64,000 nt of DNA from Candidatus Scatomorpha intestinavium (GCA_018712985.1 DVGA01000048.1:2576-66575); one strand, 5' to 3'; shown: positions 27,618 to 38,714, counted from the first letter of the stretch. Made by a program: numbers and translations. Notes: a model not told the origin generated them from the sequence alone.

Positions 27618-28355
27618 TCACGCCTCCGGGAAGAGGAGCTCCGCGATGTGCTTAGCTTCCGCGCCGCCTAACTTCAGCCCCTCGAGGCAGTAGTGACAGT
27701 AACAGACGACCTTTTCCCCGCCGAAGCGGGCGCAGTACTCCTCCATTATGCGCTTCTGCTCCTCCGCGGTGTGCGGGGCGAACTTGCCCGCCGTGGCCTC
27801 CGGCCCGTAGTGCAGCGGCGCCACCTTCGGGTTGCGCGCCGGCTGCGGCCGCAGCAGGGACACGCCGCAGAAATCCGTCTTTTCAAAGTTTTCCTCCTGC
27901 TCGGAAAACCCGATGTTCATCTTCCCAAGCAGCGCCCTGACGGCCTCCTGCTCCGCGCGGCGCTCTCGCGAGCGCCAGCAGTCCTGCACGATGACGCGCG
28001 TCCCGCCGTAGTCGGGGTAGGCAAACTCCGCGTCAGAGAGTATCAGCTCGTAGAGCGACGGCACGGCGACGCCGGGGCGCAGCTCCTCGATGATATTCGA
28101 GCAGTTGTGGCACAGCGACCACACCGTGTCCCCGCTCTCGAAAACCCGCCCGTCCGGCAGCGAGGCCCAGCTCTCGCGCAGCGCCCCGGCGGGCATTTTT
28201 TCTTCGAATTCGCGCACCTGGTACTTAGGTATGCAGCAGCGGACAACCCCCATGCCGTAGCGCTCCGAGACATAGCGGCGTATCCTCGAGCTCAGCTCCG
28301 GGAACTGCGAGGTAAACACACAGCTCGCAATGTAGTACTCCCTGCCCATTTTCAC
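27618..28355 (-). CDS. cysteine-rich protein with two CCG-like (HdrB/GlpC-type) motifs
   Basis: The first half fits C-x28-CC-x39-CxxC (ASC..RCC..CHNC). The second half has QDC, DFC and CYCHYC. The assignment rests on the motif pattern only. Confidence 0.5.
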   Translation of the reverse strand: MKMGREYYIASCVFTSQFPELSSRIRRYVSERYGMGVVRCCIPKYQVREFEEKMPAGALRESWASLPDGRVFESGDTVWSLCHNCSNIIEELRPGVAVPSLYELILSDAEFAYPDYGGTRVIVQDCWRSRERRAEQEAVRALLGKMNIGFSEQEENFEKTDFCGVSLLRPQPARNPKVAPLHYGPEATAGKFAPHTAEEQKRIMEEYCARFGGEKVVCYCHYCLEGLKLGGAEAKHIAELLFPEA

Positions 28356-28360
28356 GCCTC

Positions 28361-29233
28361 CTATTCAGACAGTCCGCCCGTCTCCGCAGCCGGAGCGGCT
28401 TTTTTCCTGCGGTACAGGGCCAGCGACGTTGTGAGCGGGCGCTTTTTGCTGCGCTCCTCGAAAAAGGCAGTCACCGAGAACACCACGGCGCCGATGAAGT
28501 TCACGAAAAAGTCCCCCATCGTGTCGTATATCCCGATGTCCAGATAGCCGCCCAGGCCCAGCGCGTACTGCTCGCCGTTTTCGAGCACGAGCACGGTGTC
28601 CTTTATCCCGTCGATGACAATAGGTATGTTGCTCCTCGTGGCGTCCAGCTCCACGGTGGATATCCGGGTGAGTATTGTGTCCTTCTGCATGTCCAGCAGC
28701 AGCCAGCGATCCGCAGCAAACTCGATGAACTCCCACAGTACGCCGATGGTCATGGAAAAGCAGAAGGCCGTCAGCGCCAGGTATACGGGAGAGAGCTGTA
28801 CCTTTACATTCTCGCTTCGGTTGAGCAGGTTCACGAGCGAATAGCCAACCGCGGCGAAGAGGAAGCCCGACGTCGTGTGCAGCATCGTGTCCCAGTACTG
28901 GTAGCGTATGAAATAGCTCTGCAGCTCGCCGAGTATCTCCGCCGCGAACACAAAGACGAAGATGACGATTTCCAGCACGGACGGTATTTCAATATTCAGC
29001 TTCTCCTCCACAAACTGCGGCAGGAAATAAATGAAAAGCACGAACAGGCAGACTATCGCGCTCTCGAAATCCGCGCGCATGATGCTGCGGATGAGTATCA
29101 GTATCACGATCGTGCGGAGTATTACGTATGTCCAGAAAGCCCCCGGCTCCTCCCGCATTTTGCGCCGGAGCGCGCCCTTTCGCGCCTCGCGCCGTCTCTC
29201 CCGGCGCTGTTTTCTTTCTTCTCTTCTGCTCAT
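28361..29233 (-). CDS. polytopic membrane protein with a highly basic N-terminus (possibly YjdF/DUF2238-like)
   Basis: 290 aa beginning MSRREERKQRRERRREARKG. It has 6-7 TM helices and the motifs WDTMLHTTSGF, WEFIEFAAD and YDTMGDFFVNFIGA. Confidence 0.5.
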   Translation of the reverse strand: MSRREERKQRRERRREARKGALRRKMREEPGAFWTYVILRTIVILILIRSIMRADFESAIVCLFVLFIYFLPQFVEEKLNIEIPSVLEIVIFVFVFAAEILGELQSYFIRYQYWDTMLHTTSGFLFAAVGYSLVNLLNRSENVKVQLSPVYLALTAFCFSMTIGVLWEFIEFAADRWLLLDMQKDTILTRISTVELDATRSNIPIVIDGIKDTVLVLENGEQYALGLGGYLDIGIYDTMGDFFVNFIGAVVFSVTAFFEERSKKRPLTTSLALYRRKKAAPAAETGGLSE

Positions 29234-29246
29234 TTACAGCCTCCCA

Positions 29247-29954
29247 CTACTCTTTTTCCCCGTTTGCTGTCTCTTCTTTTCCTGGCCCGTCCTGTTTTTC
29301 TGCCGCCTGCCCGCGGCAGCTCCTGCCCCTGCGGCGAAGCAGCAGGAACGCCGAGGCTATGCTTACCAGATCCACGCCGAGGCAGATGAGCACCGGCGCC
29401 GAAAGCGGGTCGAGGTCGTTTCCGAGCACAGTATACAGCACCATCGCCGGCACTATGCCTATCATGGAGCTGACAAGGTACTCCCAGTACTTCATCCTCA
29501 GCGAGCCGAAAAACAGCCCGAGGATATCGTTTGAAAGGTTCGCGACCCTCAGCACCAGCGACACAAGGAACAGATGGCGCCTGTTCGATTCGTAAAAGCC
29601 CCTGACGCGCGGGTATTTTTGCAGCAGCGTGTCCACTATCACGCCGTCCGAGCTCCTGCCGGTGAGGTACGGCACGGATATGCAGACTATGCTGCCCAGC
29701 GCGTTCACCGCGAGCGCGGCGGGCAGGTCGAAAATCAGGCCCACCGCCGTGGCGATCAGCGCATATGGGATCACCACGGTCTGGCTCTTCAGCGCGTAGG
29801 CCAAAAGCGCCGCCAGGGCCGCGAGCCACTTGTTGTCCGGCGAATACGAAAGCAGCTCCTCCACGCTGATGGAGCCGTGCAGCAAAAGGAACGCCGCGGC
29901 GAGCGCAGCGCACAGCAGCATTATTAGCAGTGGAAGGAGTTTCCGTAATTTCAC
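29247..29954 (-). CDS. TVP38/TMEM64 (DedA-related) family membrane protein
   Basis: 235 aa with 5-6 TM helices and a family-typical layout (LGSIVCISVPYLTGR..). Confidence 0.7.
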   Translation of the reverse strand: MKLRKLLPLLIMLLCAALAAAFLLLHGSISVEELLSYSPDNKWLAALAALLAYALKSQTVVIPYALIATAVGLIFDLPAALAVNALGSIVCISVPYLTGRSSDGVIVDTLLQKYPRVRGFYESNRRHLFLVSLVLRVANLSNDILGLFFGSLRMKYWEYLVSSMIGIVPAMVLYTVLGNDLDPLSAPVLICLGVDLVSIASAFLLLRRRGRSCRGQAAEKQDGPGKEETANGEKE

Positions 29955-30039
29955 GGCAAAACCTCGTTAAGTAATATTATTACAGAAGCATTTTATCAGA
30001 TTTTCCTCAATGCCGCAACCATGCAGTTTGTGCCGGATG

Positions 30040-30075
30040 TAAAATCAAAGCCCGCGTCTTTCGACGCGGGCTTTG
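30040..30075 (-). terminator. terminator after rplQ
   Basis: The minus strand reads AAAGCCCGCGTC-GAAA-GACGCGGGCTTTGATTTT. Confidence 0.8.
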
Positions 30076-30090
30076 CGTTGTTCCGCTCTC

Positions 30091-30432
30091 TTACACGAGC
30101 TCGATCACGGCCATCTCGGCGGCGTCGCCGCGGCGCTGGCCGATGCGGGTCACGCGGGTGTAGCCGCCGTTGCGGTCGGCGTACTTCGCTGCGGTCTCAT
30201 TGAAGACCTTGTGCGCCACGTCCTCGCGGGTGATGAAGCTCAGGGCCTGGCGGTAGGACGCCATGTCCTTCTGCTTGCCGAGCGTTATCATCTTCTCGGC
30301 AAGGGGCTGAATCTCCTTCGCGCGGGTGAAGGTGGTCTCCATGCGGCCGCGGTCGAGCAGGTCCGTCACCTGCTGGCGGAGCATGGCCATGCGCGCGTCG
30401 GTAGGCTTGCCGAGCTTTCTTGTACCGGGCAT
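30091..30432 (-). CDS. rplQ: 50S ribosomal protein L17
   Basis: 113 aa; sequence recognised, and it occupies the last position of the alpha operon. Confidence 0.97.
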   Translation of the reverse strand: MPGTRKLGKPTDARMAMLRQQVTDLLDRGRMETTFTRAKEIQPLAEKMITLGKQKDMASYRQALSFITREDVAHKVFNETAAKYADRNGGYTRVTRIGQRRGDAAEMAVIELV

Positions 30433-30445
30433 TGGGTTTTCCTCC

Positions 30446-31396
30446 TTACTGGTTGTCGTCGCTGGCCAGGCTCAGGCCCATCATGGCGAGCTTGTGCTCG
30501 ACCTCCTCAAGGGACTTGCGGCCAAGGTTGCGGACCTTGATCATCTCGTCCTGGGTCTTGCTGATGAGGTCCTCGACGGTGTTGATGTTGGCGCGCTTGA
30601 GGCAGTTGAAGCTGCGGACCGAGAGGTCGAGCTCCTCGATGGTCATCTCGAGCACCTTGTCGCGCTGGGTCTCGACCTTCTCCACAACGGTGGAGCGGTT
30701 GCCGATGGCGTCCGACAGGTCGGTAAACAGCGTGAAGTGGTCCACAAGGATCTTCGCGCCAAGGCTTATCGCGTCGCGCGGGGTAATGGTCTTGTCGGTC
30801 CACACCTCGATGGTCAGCTTGTCATAGTCGGTCTGGTTGCCGACACGGGTGTTCTCCACAGCGTAGTTCACCTTGAGCACAGGGGTGTATATCGAATCCA
30901 CCGGGATGGTGCCGATGATCTGCTGTGCGCCCTTGTTCTTATCAGCGGTGACATAGCCGCGGCCGTGGTCGAAAACGAGCTCCATGGAGAGCGACGCATC
31001 CGGGCCAAGGGTGGCTATGTGCAGCTCGGGGTTGAGTATTTCTACCTCGGCGTCCGCTTTTATATCCCCGGCGGTCACTTCGCCCTCGCCCGCGGCCTCG
31101 ATATACACGGTCTTGGGCTCGTCGCTGTGCACGCGCGCGATGATACGCTTCACGTTGAGGACGATCTCGGTCACGTCCTCCTTTACGCCGGGGATGGTAG
31201 AGAATTCGTGCTGAATGCCGGAAATCCTGATGGACGTGACTGCCGTGCCGGGCAGGGAGGACAGCAGGACGCGGCGAAGAGAGTTGCCCAAAGTCGTGCC
31301 GTAGCCGCGCTCGAGCGGTTCAATGACATACTTGCCGTAAGAATCGTCCGCAGGGGTTTCGATGCATTCAATGCGCGGCTTTTCTATCTCAATCAT
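30446..31396 (-). CDS. rpoA: DNA-directed RNA polymerase alpha subunit
   Basis: 316 aa with full-length RpoA similarity. Confidence 0.97.
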   Translation of the reverse strand: MIEIEKPRIECIETPADDSYGKYVIEPLERGYGTTLGNSLRRVLLSSLPGTAVTSIRISGIQHEFSTIPGVKEDVTEIVLNVKRIIARVHSDEPKTVYIEAAGEGEVTAGDIKADAEVEILNPELHIATLGPDASLSMELVFDHGRGYVTADKNKGAQQIIGTIPVDSIYTPVLKVNYAVENTRVGNQTDYDKLTIEVWTDKTITPRDAISLGAKILVDHFTLFTDLSDAIGNRSTVVEKVETQRDKVLEMTIEELDLSVRSFNCLKRANINTVEDLISKTQDEMIKVRNLGRKSLEEVEHKLAMMGLSLASDDNQ

Positions 31397-31473
31397 GTGC
31401 GAACTAACCCTCCTTATTTTTCGTGCGCCGAATGGGGCGCGGTTTCCAGCTTACCAATATGAGGGTTTGCCGT

Positions 31474-32076
31474 TTACTTGGAATAGAGCTCGACGATGAG
31501 GTGCTCCTCGATCGGCATATCTATGTCTTCGCGGGTGGGCACTGCGACTACCTTGGCTATCATGTTGGCGGCGTCATACTCAAGCCAGCGGGGGGCCTGG
31601 CGGAAGGAGTTGGCCTCGACGTTGGCCTTGATCTTCTCAAGGTTGCGGCTGGACTCCTTCGGAGCGATGACCATGCCCGGCTTCACCTGGAAGCTGGGGA
31701 TGTTCACGCGGCGGCCGTTCACGGTGAAGTGGCCGTGGTTGACGAGCTGACGGGCCTCGCGCCTCGTAGCGGCAAAGCCGAGGCGGAAAATCACGTTGTC
31801 AAGGCGGCGCTCGATGAGGACGAGCAGGTTGTCGCCGGTCTTGCCGGGCATGCGCGCGGCCTTCTCATAATAGGAGTGGAACTGCTTCTCCATTATGCCG
31901 TAGACAAACTTGACCTTCTGCTTCTCCTGGAGCTGAGTGGCGTACTCGCTCTTTTTCTTCCTCATCTGCCCGCCGGGCTTGCGCTTTTCGGTGTCCTTCT
32001 TGTAGTAGCCCATGGAGGCAGGGGAAATGCCCAGCGCACGGCAGCGCTTGGCGATAGGCTGCATATTCTTTGCCAT
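31474..32076 (-). CDS. rpsD: 30S ribosomal protein S4
   Basis: 200 aa; S4 sequence recognised. Confidence 0.97.
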   Translation of the reverse strand: MAKNMQPIAKRCRALGISPASMGYYKKDTEKRKPGGQMRKKKSEYATQLQEKQKVKFVYGIMEKQFHSYYEKAARMPGKTGDNLLVLIERRLDNVIFRLGFAATRREARQLVNHGHFTVNGRRVNIPSFQVKPGMVIAPKESSRNLEKIKANVEANSFRQAPRWLEYDAANMIAKVVAVPTREDIDMPIEEHLIVELYSK

Positions 32077-32095
32077 TTTACCTTTCCTCCTTCAC

Positions 32096-32491
32096 TTACA
32101 CGCGGCGGCGCTTAGGCGGGCGGCAGCCGTTGTGCGGGATGGGCGTGACGTCCTTGATCATGGTGACCTCAAGGCCGGCGGTCTGGAGGGCACGGATGGC
32201 GGCCTCACGCCCCGAGCCCGGCCCCTTGACAAAGACCTCGACGGTCTTCAGCCCGTGCTCCATTGCGGCGCGGGCAGCCGTCTCGGCCGCGGTCTGGGCG
32301 GCGAAGGGGGTGCTCTTCTTGCTCCCGCGGAAGCCCATGCCGCCGGCGGAAGCCCAGGAGATGGCATTGCCGTTGGTATCGGTAACGGTTACCATCGTAT
32401 TGTTGAAGCTGGAGCTGATATGCACGGCCCCGCGCTCTATATTCTTCCGCTCCCTGCGGCGGGTGCGGACCTTTTTCTTAGGTGCTGGCAT
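32096..32491 (-). CDS. rpsK: 30S ribosomal protein S11
   Basis: 131 aa; S11 sequence recognised. Confidence 0.97.
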   Translation of the reverse strand: MPAPKKKVRTRRRERKNIERGAVHISSSFNNTMVTVTDTNGNAISWASAGGMGFRGSKKSTPFAAQTAAETAARAAMEHGLKTVEVFVKGPGSGREAAIRALQTAGLEVTMIKDVTPIPHNGCRPPKRRRV

Positions 32492-32504
32492 TACATATCC
32501 CTCC

Positions 32505-32873
32505 TTACTTCTTCTTGTTCGCTATGGTGCGCTTCGGACCCTTGCGGGTACGTGCGTTGGTCTTGCTGCGCTGGCCGCGGACGGGCAGGCCCTTCCTGTG
32601 GCGCAGGCCGCGGTAGGAGCCGATCTCGGTGAGGCGCTTGATATCGAGCGCCACGGTGCGGCGGAGGTCGCCCTCCACGACGTAGTGGTGGTCTATGCAC
32701 TCACGGATCTTGGCCTCTTCCTCGTCGGTGAGGTCCTTCACGCGGGTATCGGGGTTGATCCCGGTCTGCTCGAGGATCTTTTTCGCGCTGGTTCTGCCGA
32801 TACCATAGACATAAGTGAGGCCGATCTCTATCCTCTTGTCCTTGGGCAGGTCAACGCCGGCTATACGTGCCAT
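32505..32873 (-). CDS. rpsM: 30S ribosomal protein S13
   Basis: Start is at [10 protein letters not shown] (ATG 32873); the track ORF starts 9 nt upstream at a TTG. Confidence 0.97.
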   Translation of the reverse strand: MARIAGVDLPKDKRIEIGLTYVYGIGRTSAKKILEQTGINPDTRVKDLTDEEEAKIRECIDHHYVVEGDLRRTVALDIKRLTEIGSYRGLRHRKGLPVRGQRSKTNARTRKGPKRTIANKKK

Positions 32874-32982
32874 CTTTCGCAATCATTCCTTTCAATGATT
32901 TCTCCGCGTTGTTGCGAGCGGAGGCTTGGTCCCGCCGGAGGGAGCCTCCGTTGCGCGCGGGGGTGTGTTGTGGGTGCTTATT

Positions 32983-33096
32983 TCAGCCCTGGCGCTGCTT
33001 GTGCTTGGGGTTTTCGCAGATCACCATGACCTTGCCGTGGCGCTTGATTATCTTGCACTTCTCGCACATCGGCTTTACCGAAGGTCTGACTTTCAT
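32983..33096 (-). CDS. rpmJ: 50S ribosomal protein L36
   Basis: Hand translation gives [37 protein letters not shown] (37 aa). It is below the track length cut-off. Confidence 0.95.
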   Translation of the reverse strand: MKVRPSVKPMCEKCKIIKRHGKVMVICENPKHKQRQG

Positions 33097-33130
33097 TTAA
33101 GTTCCTCCTATTTGGCTGGGCGCTGCGCGC

Positions 33131-33349
33131 TCACTTCGATCTCCAGGTTATCCTTCCGCGGGTGAGGTCATACGGGCTCATCTGTATGGTGACCTTGTCG
33201 CCGGGCAGGATCCTGATGAAATTCATCCTGAGCTTGCCGGATATATGCGCGAGGATGACGTGGCCCCCGCCTATATCCACTTTGAACATCGTATTGGGCA
33301 GGGACTCGACGACCGTGCCCTCAAGCTCGATTACATCGTCTTTTGCCAA
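33131..33349 (-). CDS. infA: translation initiation factor IF-1
   Basis: 72 aa with a TTG start; IF-1 sequence recognised. Confidence 0.97.
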   Translation of the reverse strand: MAKDDVIELEGTVVESLPNTMFKVDIGGGHVILAHISGKLRMNFIRILPGDKVTIQMSPYDLTRGRITWRSK

Positions 33350-33375
33350 GTACTATAACCTCCCTTTAGGCTCAG

Positions 33376-34131
33376 TCAGATATCCTCTGCCATCGTCAGG
33401 ATTTCGGGCTCGCCGTCCGTTATGAGGATCGTGTTCTCATAGTGGGCGGAGAGCTTGCCGTCGGCCGTGACGACTGTCCAGTCGTTGCTCAGCACGCGGA
33501 CCTCGTATGTCCCGGCGTTCACCATCGGCTCGATGGCGAGGGTCATGCCCTTCACAAGCCGCGGGCCGTGGCCCGGCGCGCCGTAGTTCGGTACTTCCGG
33601 CTCCTCGTGGAGCTTGGCCCCCACGCCGTGGCCCACGTATGAGCGCACAACGGAGTAGCCATGGGCTTCGACATATTCCTGGATGGCGTGCCCTATGTCA
33701 GAGACACGGTAGCCCGGCTTCGCAAACTTTATCCCCTCGAAAAAGCTCTGGCGCGTAACGGCTATCAGCCGCGCGGCCTCCGGCGAGACCTCCCCGCAGG
33801 GGAAGGTGCCGGCGCAGTCCCCGTTGAAGCCGTGGATCTTGGCGCCGACGTCTATGCTGACGATGTCGCCGTCCTGGACCCTGCGGCCGCTCGGGAAGCC
33901 GTGGATGACCTCTTCATTTACGGAGATACAGGCGCTTGCAGGGAAACCGCCGTAGCCAAGGAAGGACGGGGTCGCGCCCGATTTTTGGATAAATCGCTTG
34001 ATTTCGCGGTCGATCTCATGCGTCGTGACGCCCGCGGCCACCATCTGGCGGCCTATGCTGCGGGCGCCGGCCGTAATCGTGCAGGCCTGACGCATGAGCT
34101 CGATATCGTGCGGGGATTTGACTATTATCAT
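33376..34131 (-). CDS. map: methionine aminopeptidase, type I
   Basis: 251 aa with full-length MetAP similarity. Confidence 0.95.
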   Translation of the reverse strand: MIIVKSPHDIELMRQACTITAGARSIGRQMVAAGVTTHEIDREIKRFIQKSGATPSFLGYGGFPASACISVNEEVIHGFPSGRRVQDGDIVSIDVGAKIHGFNGDCAGTFPCGEVSPEAARLIAVTRQSFFEGIKFAKPGYRVSDIGHAIQEYVEAHGYSVVRSYVGHGVGAKLHEEPEVPNYGAPGHGPRLVKGMTLAIEPMVNAGTYEVRVLSNDWTVVTADGKLSAHYENTILITDGEPEILTMAEDI

Positions 34132-34766
34132 AGATCTATCCCCAGGGCGCCGGCGATCGCGGCCGTAGTGGCCTCGATGCTCGGCTGGTTCTCAACAGTG
34201 ATCAGCTTGCCGCGCTTGGCATAGAAGTCGAGGAGAGGCTCGGTCTCGCGGTGGTAAACCTCGAGGCGGTTCCTTACGGTTTCCGGCGCGTCGTCCTTGC
34301 GGACGGTGAGCTCGGAGCCGCAGTTGTCGCAGACACCCTCGGCCTTCGGGGGGGCGGAGACGACGTGATAGGTCGCGCCGCAGTTCAGGCAGGTGCGCCT
34401 GCCGGACATGCGCTGCACTATGGTCTCGTCGTCTATGTCGATCGAGAGGGCGCAGTCTATGTCTATGCCTCTCTCCTCCAGCGCCTCGGCCTGCGGGATG
34501 GTGCGCGGCATTCCGTCGAGGATATAGCCGTTTGCACAGTCGCTCTCGGCAAGGCGCTCCTCGACGATGCCGATTATGACATCGTCGGGCACGAGCGCGC
34601 CGTTGTCGACATACTCCTTGGCCTTCAGCCCGACGGGGGTGCCGTTCTTCATGGCTGCGCGCAGGATATTGCCGGTTGATATCACCGGGATGCCGAGCTT
34701 GCGGCTCAGTATCTCGGCCTGGGTGCCTTTGCCCGCCCCGGGGGCTCCTAAGAGTATAAGCCTCAT
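34128..34766 (-). CDS. adk: adenylate kinase
   Basis: Start is at [18 protein letters not shown]. It has a Zn-lid (CLNCG..CDNCG). The track ORF has a 28-aa spurious extension. Confidence 0.95.
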   Translation of the reverse strand: MRLILLGAPGAGKGTQAEILSRKLGIPVISTGNILRAAMKNGTPVGLKAKEYVDNGALVPDDVIIGIVEERLAESDCANGYILDGMPRTIPQAEALEERGIDIDCALSIDIDDETIVQRMSGRRTCLNCGATYHVVSAPPKAEGVCDNCGSELTVRKDDAPETVRNRLEVYHRETEPLLDFYAKRGKLITVENQPSIEATTAAIAGALGIDL

Positions 34767-34779
34767 GACTTTACCTCCA

Positions 34780-36075
34780 TTATTCAAGGAAACCCTTGTA
34801 GTTGCGCATGAGCATCTGCGCCTCGATGGCGCGGACGGTCTCGATCGCAACGCCCACGACTATGATTATGGACGTACCGCCGAGGGATATGCCGGAAAGG
34901 GCGGGGGCGTCGGTAAAGCAGCCGATGAGCATGGGGACTACGGCAACAATGCTGAGGTAGATGGCGCCGAACATGGTGACCTTGTTCAGCACCTTCTTGA
35001 TATAGTCGCTCGTGGGCTTGCCCGGGCGGATGCCGGGGATGAAGCCGCCGTTCTTCTTCAGGTTGTTGGCTATCTCCACGGGGTTGAACTGGATGGTGGA
35101 GTAGAAGTAGCTGAAGAAGATGATGAGCAGGAAGTAGATTATCGCGTAGGGTACCGTGTTGGTGTTGAAGATGTGCTCCATCACCCAGGAATCCTGCCAG
35201 CTCGGCACGAAGGCGCAGATGGTGGCGGGGATGGCCGCTATGGTGGAGGCGAAGATGATGGGCATGACGCCGGACATGTTCACCTTCAGCGGCAGGTGGG
35301 TGCTCTGGCCGCCGTAGAGCTTGCGCCCGACGACGCGCTTGGAGTACTGCACCGGCAGGCGGCGCTCGGCGTCGTTCACGATGACGATGAGCACGATTAT
35401 GAGCAGCGCGCCGATGATGACGAGCAGCAGGGCCCACCAGGCCAGGTCGCCGGAGGTGACGTTGGAAACCATCGTGCCGACGGAGCTCGGGAAGCGGGCG
35501 ACTATGCTCGCGAACAGGATAACGGAGATGCCGTTGCCCACGCCGAACTCGGTGATCTGCTCGCCCATCCACATGATGAGCGCGGAGCCGGCCATGAAGG
35601 TCATGATGATGACGATGGCGGGCCATATGCCGCTCTCGGTGATCATGCTCTGGCCGTTGATGCCGTTGCGGATAAGGGTGTAGTAGCCGAAGCCCATGAC
35701 GAGGCCGATGCCGACGGTGGTGTAGCGGGTGATGGAGGCCAGCTTCTTGCGCCCCTCCTCGCCGCCTTCCTTGCTCAGCCGCTCGAGCGCCGGGATGGCA
35801 ATGGTGAGCAGCTGGATGATTATCGAGGCGTTGATGTACGGCTGGATGCTCAGCGCGAATATCGTCGCCATCGAGAAGGAACCGCCCGACATGGTGTTCC
35901 ACAGCCCAAGGATCGTGTTGTTGACCGACGTGAAGTAGTCGGCCAGAAGATCGGCGTCCACGTACGGGACGGGGACGGCGTTGCCCAGGCGGTAAATGAG
36001 GATTATGAACAGGGTGAAGAGTATCTTCTTCCTGAGCTCAACGATCGCCCAGGCATTCTTGAGGGTCTTGAGCAC
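34780..36075 (-). CDS. secY: preprotein translocase subunit SecY
   Basis: 431 aa with 10 TM helices; SecY sequence recognised. Confidence 0.97.
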   Translation of the reverse strand: MLKTLKNAWAIVELRKKILFTLFIILIYRLGNAVPVPYVDADLLADYFTSVNNTILGLWNTMSGGSFSMATIFALSIQPYINASIIIQLLTIAIPALERLSKEGGEEGRKKLASITRYTTVGIGLVMGFGYYTLIRNGINGQSMITESGIWPAIVIIMTFMAGSALIMWMGEQITEFGVGNGISVILFASIVARFPSSVGTMVSNVTSGDLAWWALLLVIIGALLIIVLIVIVNDAERRLPVQYSKRVVGRKLYGGQSTHLPLKVNMSGVMPIIFASTIAAIPATICAFVPSWQDSWVMEHIFNTNTVPYAIIYFLLIIFFSYFYSTIQFNPVEIANNLKKNGGFIPGIRPGKPTSDYIKKVLNKVTMFGAIYLSIVAVVPMLIGCFTDAPALSGISLGGTSIIIVVGVAIETVRAIEAQMLMRNYKGFLE

Positions 36076-36076
36076 C

Positions 36077-36517
36077 TTATACCACCTCGGCCTTTCCGCC
36101 TGCCGCCTCTATCTTTTGCTTTGCAGATTCGGAGAAGGCGGAAGCCTTTACGGTTATCGCTTTCGTGAGATTGCCGTTGCCGAGCACCTTCACGCCGTAA
36201 ACGCACTTGGAAAGGACGCCCGCAGAGAGCAGGGCATCGGCGTCCACAACAGCGCCGTCCTCAAAGCGGTTGAGGGCGGAAACGTTGACAGCCTCAAGCG
36301 GCTGGGCAAAAATGTTGTTGAAACCGCGCTTGGGGATACGCCTGGCAAGGGGCATCTGACCGCCTTCGAAGCCGATGCGGACACCGCCGCCGCTCCTGGC
36401 CTTCTGGCCCTTGTGCCCGCGGCCGGCGGTCTTGCCGTTGCCGCTGCCGTGGCCCCTGCCCTTGCGCCAGGCCTTTTTGGCACTGCCGGGCGCGGGAGAA
36501 AGCTCGCTTAACTTCAT
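36077..36517 (-). CDS. rplO: 50S ribosomal protein L15
   Basis: 146 aa. Confidence 0.97.
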   Translation of the reverse strand: MKLSELSPAPGSAKKAWRKGRGHGSGNGKTAGRGHKGQKARSGGGVRIGFEGGQMPLARRIPKRGFNNIFAQPLEAVNVSALNRFEDGAVVDADALLSAGVLSKCVYGVKVLGNGNLTKAITVKASAFSESAKQKIEAAGGKAEVV

Positions 36518-36529
36518 TGCGTACCCTCC

Positions 36530-36712
36530 TTATTCTTCGGTTACCTGGAGGAGATAGCCTATCTGGGCTATCTTGCCCCTGGTCTGCGGATTGTCGGGCT
36601 GCACCGTCTCGTGTCCGGGCTTGTGCAATCCGAGGGAGTGGGCGGTGGCGATGTGCTTGTCGTGGCGCCCGTTGAGGCTCTTGACGAGCTTTATCTTGAG
36701 ATTCTTGGCCAT
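36530..36712 (-). CDS. rpmD: 50S ribosomal protein L30
   Basis: 60 aa. Confidence 0.95.
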   Translation of the reverse strand: MAKNLKIKLVKSLNGRHDKHIATAHSLGLHKPGHETVQPDNPQTRGKIAQIGYLLQVTEE

Positions 36713-36725
36713 TGCTCTGCCCTCC

Positions 36726-37256
36726 TCAACCGACTATCTCTTCGGGGGTCTTGCCCCTGTAGACGGCAACCTGCTGCGCGTTCCTCAGAGACTGAAGGCC
36801 GGCCATGGTGGCGGCGACAACGTTCTGGGGATTGTTGGAGCGCAGGCACTTCGTGCGGATATTGCGGATGCCGGCCGCTTCGATAACGGCACGGACAGCG
36901 CCGCCGGCGATGACGCCAGTGCCTTCCGGGGCGGGCTTGAGCAGCACGCGGCCGGCGCCGAAAGCGCCGATGACCTCGTGCGGGATCGTGGTGCCCTGAA
37001 GGGTGACGGTGACAATGTGCTTCTTCGCGTCCTCAAGGCCCTTGCGGATGGCCTCGGAGACTTCGTTTGCCTTGCCGAGCCCGTAGCCCACGCGGCCCTT
37101 GCCGTCGCCCACGACGCAGAGCGCCGAGAACTTCATGACACGGCCGCCCTTGACGGTCTTGGATACGCGGTTGAGGGAAACCACCTTTTCGGTGAACTCC
37201 GAGGGCTCCTCGTTGCGGCCCCTGCGGTTGTCGCGCCTGTCGTTATTGTAAGCCAT
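36726..37256 (-). CDS. rpsE: 30S ribosomal protein S5
   Basis: 176 aa. Confidence 0.97.
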   Translation of the reverse strand: MAYNNDRRDNRRGRNEEPSEFTEKVVSLNRVSKTVKGGRVMKFSALCVVGDGKGRVGYGLGKANEVSEAIRKGLEDAKKHIVTVTLQGTTIPHEVIGAFGAGRVLLKPAPEGTGVIAGGAVRAVIEAAGIRNIRTKCLRSNNPQNVVAATMAGLQSLRNAQQVAVYRGKTPEEIVG

Positions 37257-37273
37257 GCTGTTTCCTCCTCCGC

Positions 37274-37630
37274 TCAGAACTTCAGCCCGGCCTCGCGGGC
37301 GGCATCGGCAAGGGCCTGCACGCGGCCGTGGTAAAGGTAGCCGCCGCGGTCGAAAACGACCTCTTCAATGCCCTTGGAGATGGCGCGCTCAGCGATGAGC
37401 TTGCCGATCTGCTTGGCGGACTCGATGTTGCCGCCGCCTTCAAAGCCCTTCTCAACGCTGCTCGCGGAGCACAGGGTGTGCCCGGCGACATCGTCGATTA
37501 TCTGGCAGTAAATATTGTTCTCGCTCCTGTAAACGCTCAGGCGGGGACGCTCCGGGGTGCCGGAGATCTTGGCGCGGACGCGCTTATGCCGCTTGATGCG
37601 CTGAGCTTTGGTATTGGGTCTTTTTATCAT
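37274..37630 (-). CDS. rplR: 50S ribosomal protein L18
   Basis: 118 aa. Confidence 0.97.
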   Translation of the reverse strand: MIKRPNTKAQRIKRHKRVRAKISGTPERPRLSVYRSENNIYCQIIDDVAGHTLCSASSVEKGFEGGGNIESAKQIGKLIAERAISKGIEEVVFDRGGYLYHGRVQALADAAREAGLKF

Positions 37631-37646
37631 TTAAGCGCACCTCCCC

Positions 37647-38189
37647 TTATTTAGCGCCGGTCTTGCCTTCTTTGCGGCGGATGTGCTCGTCCTCATACTT
37701 GATGCCCTTGCCCTTGTACGGCTCGGGAGGACGCTTGTTGCGCACATCGGCGGCAAACTGGCCGACCTTCTGCTTGTCGATGCCGTGTATCACGATGTGG
37801 TTGGCATCGGGGACGTCTATCTTGACGTCGGCAGTCTCCTTGACTATCACGTCGTGGCTGTAGCCGAGCTTCATGACGAGCTCCTCGCCCTTCTTCTCGG
37901 CGCGGTAGCCGACGCCGTTTATCTCGAGCTTCTTGCTAAACTCGTGGGTGACGCCGTGGACCATGTTGTTCAGCAGGCTGCGGGTGAGCCCGTGCAGGCT
38001 GCGGCTGGCCTTGGTATCGTCGGCGCGGGCGACGTGCAGAACGCCGTTTTCCTCGGTGATGGTCATCTGCGGGCAAAGCGCCTGGGTGATGGAGCCCTTC
38101 GGGCCCTTCACGGTGACGACGTTGCCCTCGGCGACGGTGACTTCGACGCCGGCGGGGATGGTGATTGGCTCTCTTCCTATTCTCGACAT
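37647..38189 (-). CDS. rplF: 50S ribosomal protein L6
   Basis: Start is at MSRIGREPITIP (ATG 38189). Confidence 0.97.
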   Translation of the reverse strand: MSRIGREPITIPAGVEVTVAEGNVVTVKGPKGSITQALCPQMTITEENGVLHVARADDTKASRSLHGLTRSLLNNMVHGVTHEFSKKLEINGVGYRAEKKGEELVMKLGYSHDVIVKETADVKIDVPDANHIVIHGIDKQKVGQFAADVRNKRPPEPYKGKGIKYEDEHIRRKEGKTGAK

Positions 38190-38202
38190 CTTTCCGCCCT
38201 CC

Positions 38203-38601
38203 TTACCACACGAAAGCAAGGACTTCGCCGCCGACGTTTTCCTTGCGGGCACGCTTGTCGGTCATGACGCCCTTGGACGTGGAGATGATGGCAATGCCGA
38301 GCCCCTTCAGGACGCGGGGCAGCTCGTCGGCGCCGGCGTACACGCGCAGGCCGGGCTTGGAGACGCGGCGGAGGCCCTGGATGGCCTTCTCCTTGCCGGG
38401 GAGATACTTGAGGGTGATGCGGATGATGCCCTGGGTGCCGTCGTCGATGAGCTGGAAGTTCTTGATATAGCCCTCCTCGAGGAGTATCTCGGCTATGGCC
38501 TTCTTCATCTTCGACGCGGGGACGTCCACAGTCTCATGCTTTGCGCTGCCGGCGTTGCGGATGCGGGTCAGCATGTCGGCGATGGGGTCTGTGATCTGCA
38601 T
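38203..38601 (-). CDS. rpsH: 30S ribosomal protein S8
   Basis: 132 aa. Confidence 0.97.
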   Translation of the reverse strand: MQITDPIADMLTRIRNAGSAKHETVDVPASKMKKAIAEILLEEGYIKNFQLIDDGTQGIIRITLKYLPGKEKAIQGLRRVSKPGLRVYAGADELPRVLKGLGIAIISTSKGVMTDKRARKENVGGEVLAFVW

Positions 38602-38714
38602 TGTTTTTCCTCCTTGTTCAGAGTTACCGCGGATTGCGGTGACCGGCGGCGAGGTTCCGAAGCAATAGGCTCATCGCCGATTGTCCCCGGCCTTTCGTCG
38701 CCGTGCTGGGTCAT

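Noticed and set aside
34740-34851. When hand-indexing the adk start and secY stop, my count came out one base off from the ORF track. A G-run near 34740-34746 looked like 6 rather than 5 G.
   Set aside because: The ORF track is internally consistent, with in-frame Adk and SecY of normal length, and indexing agrees again at 34131 and 36075. I treat this as my own counting error, not a frameshift.
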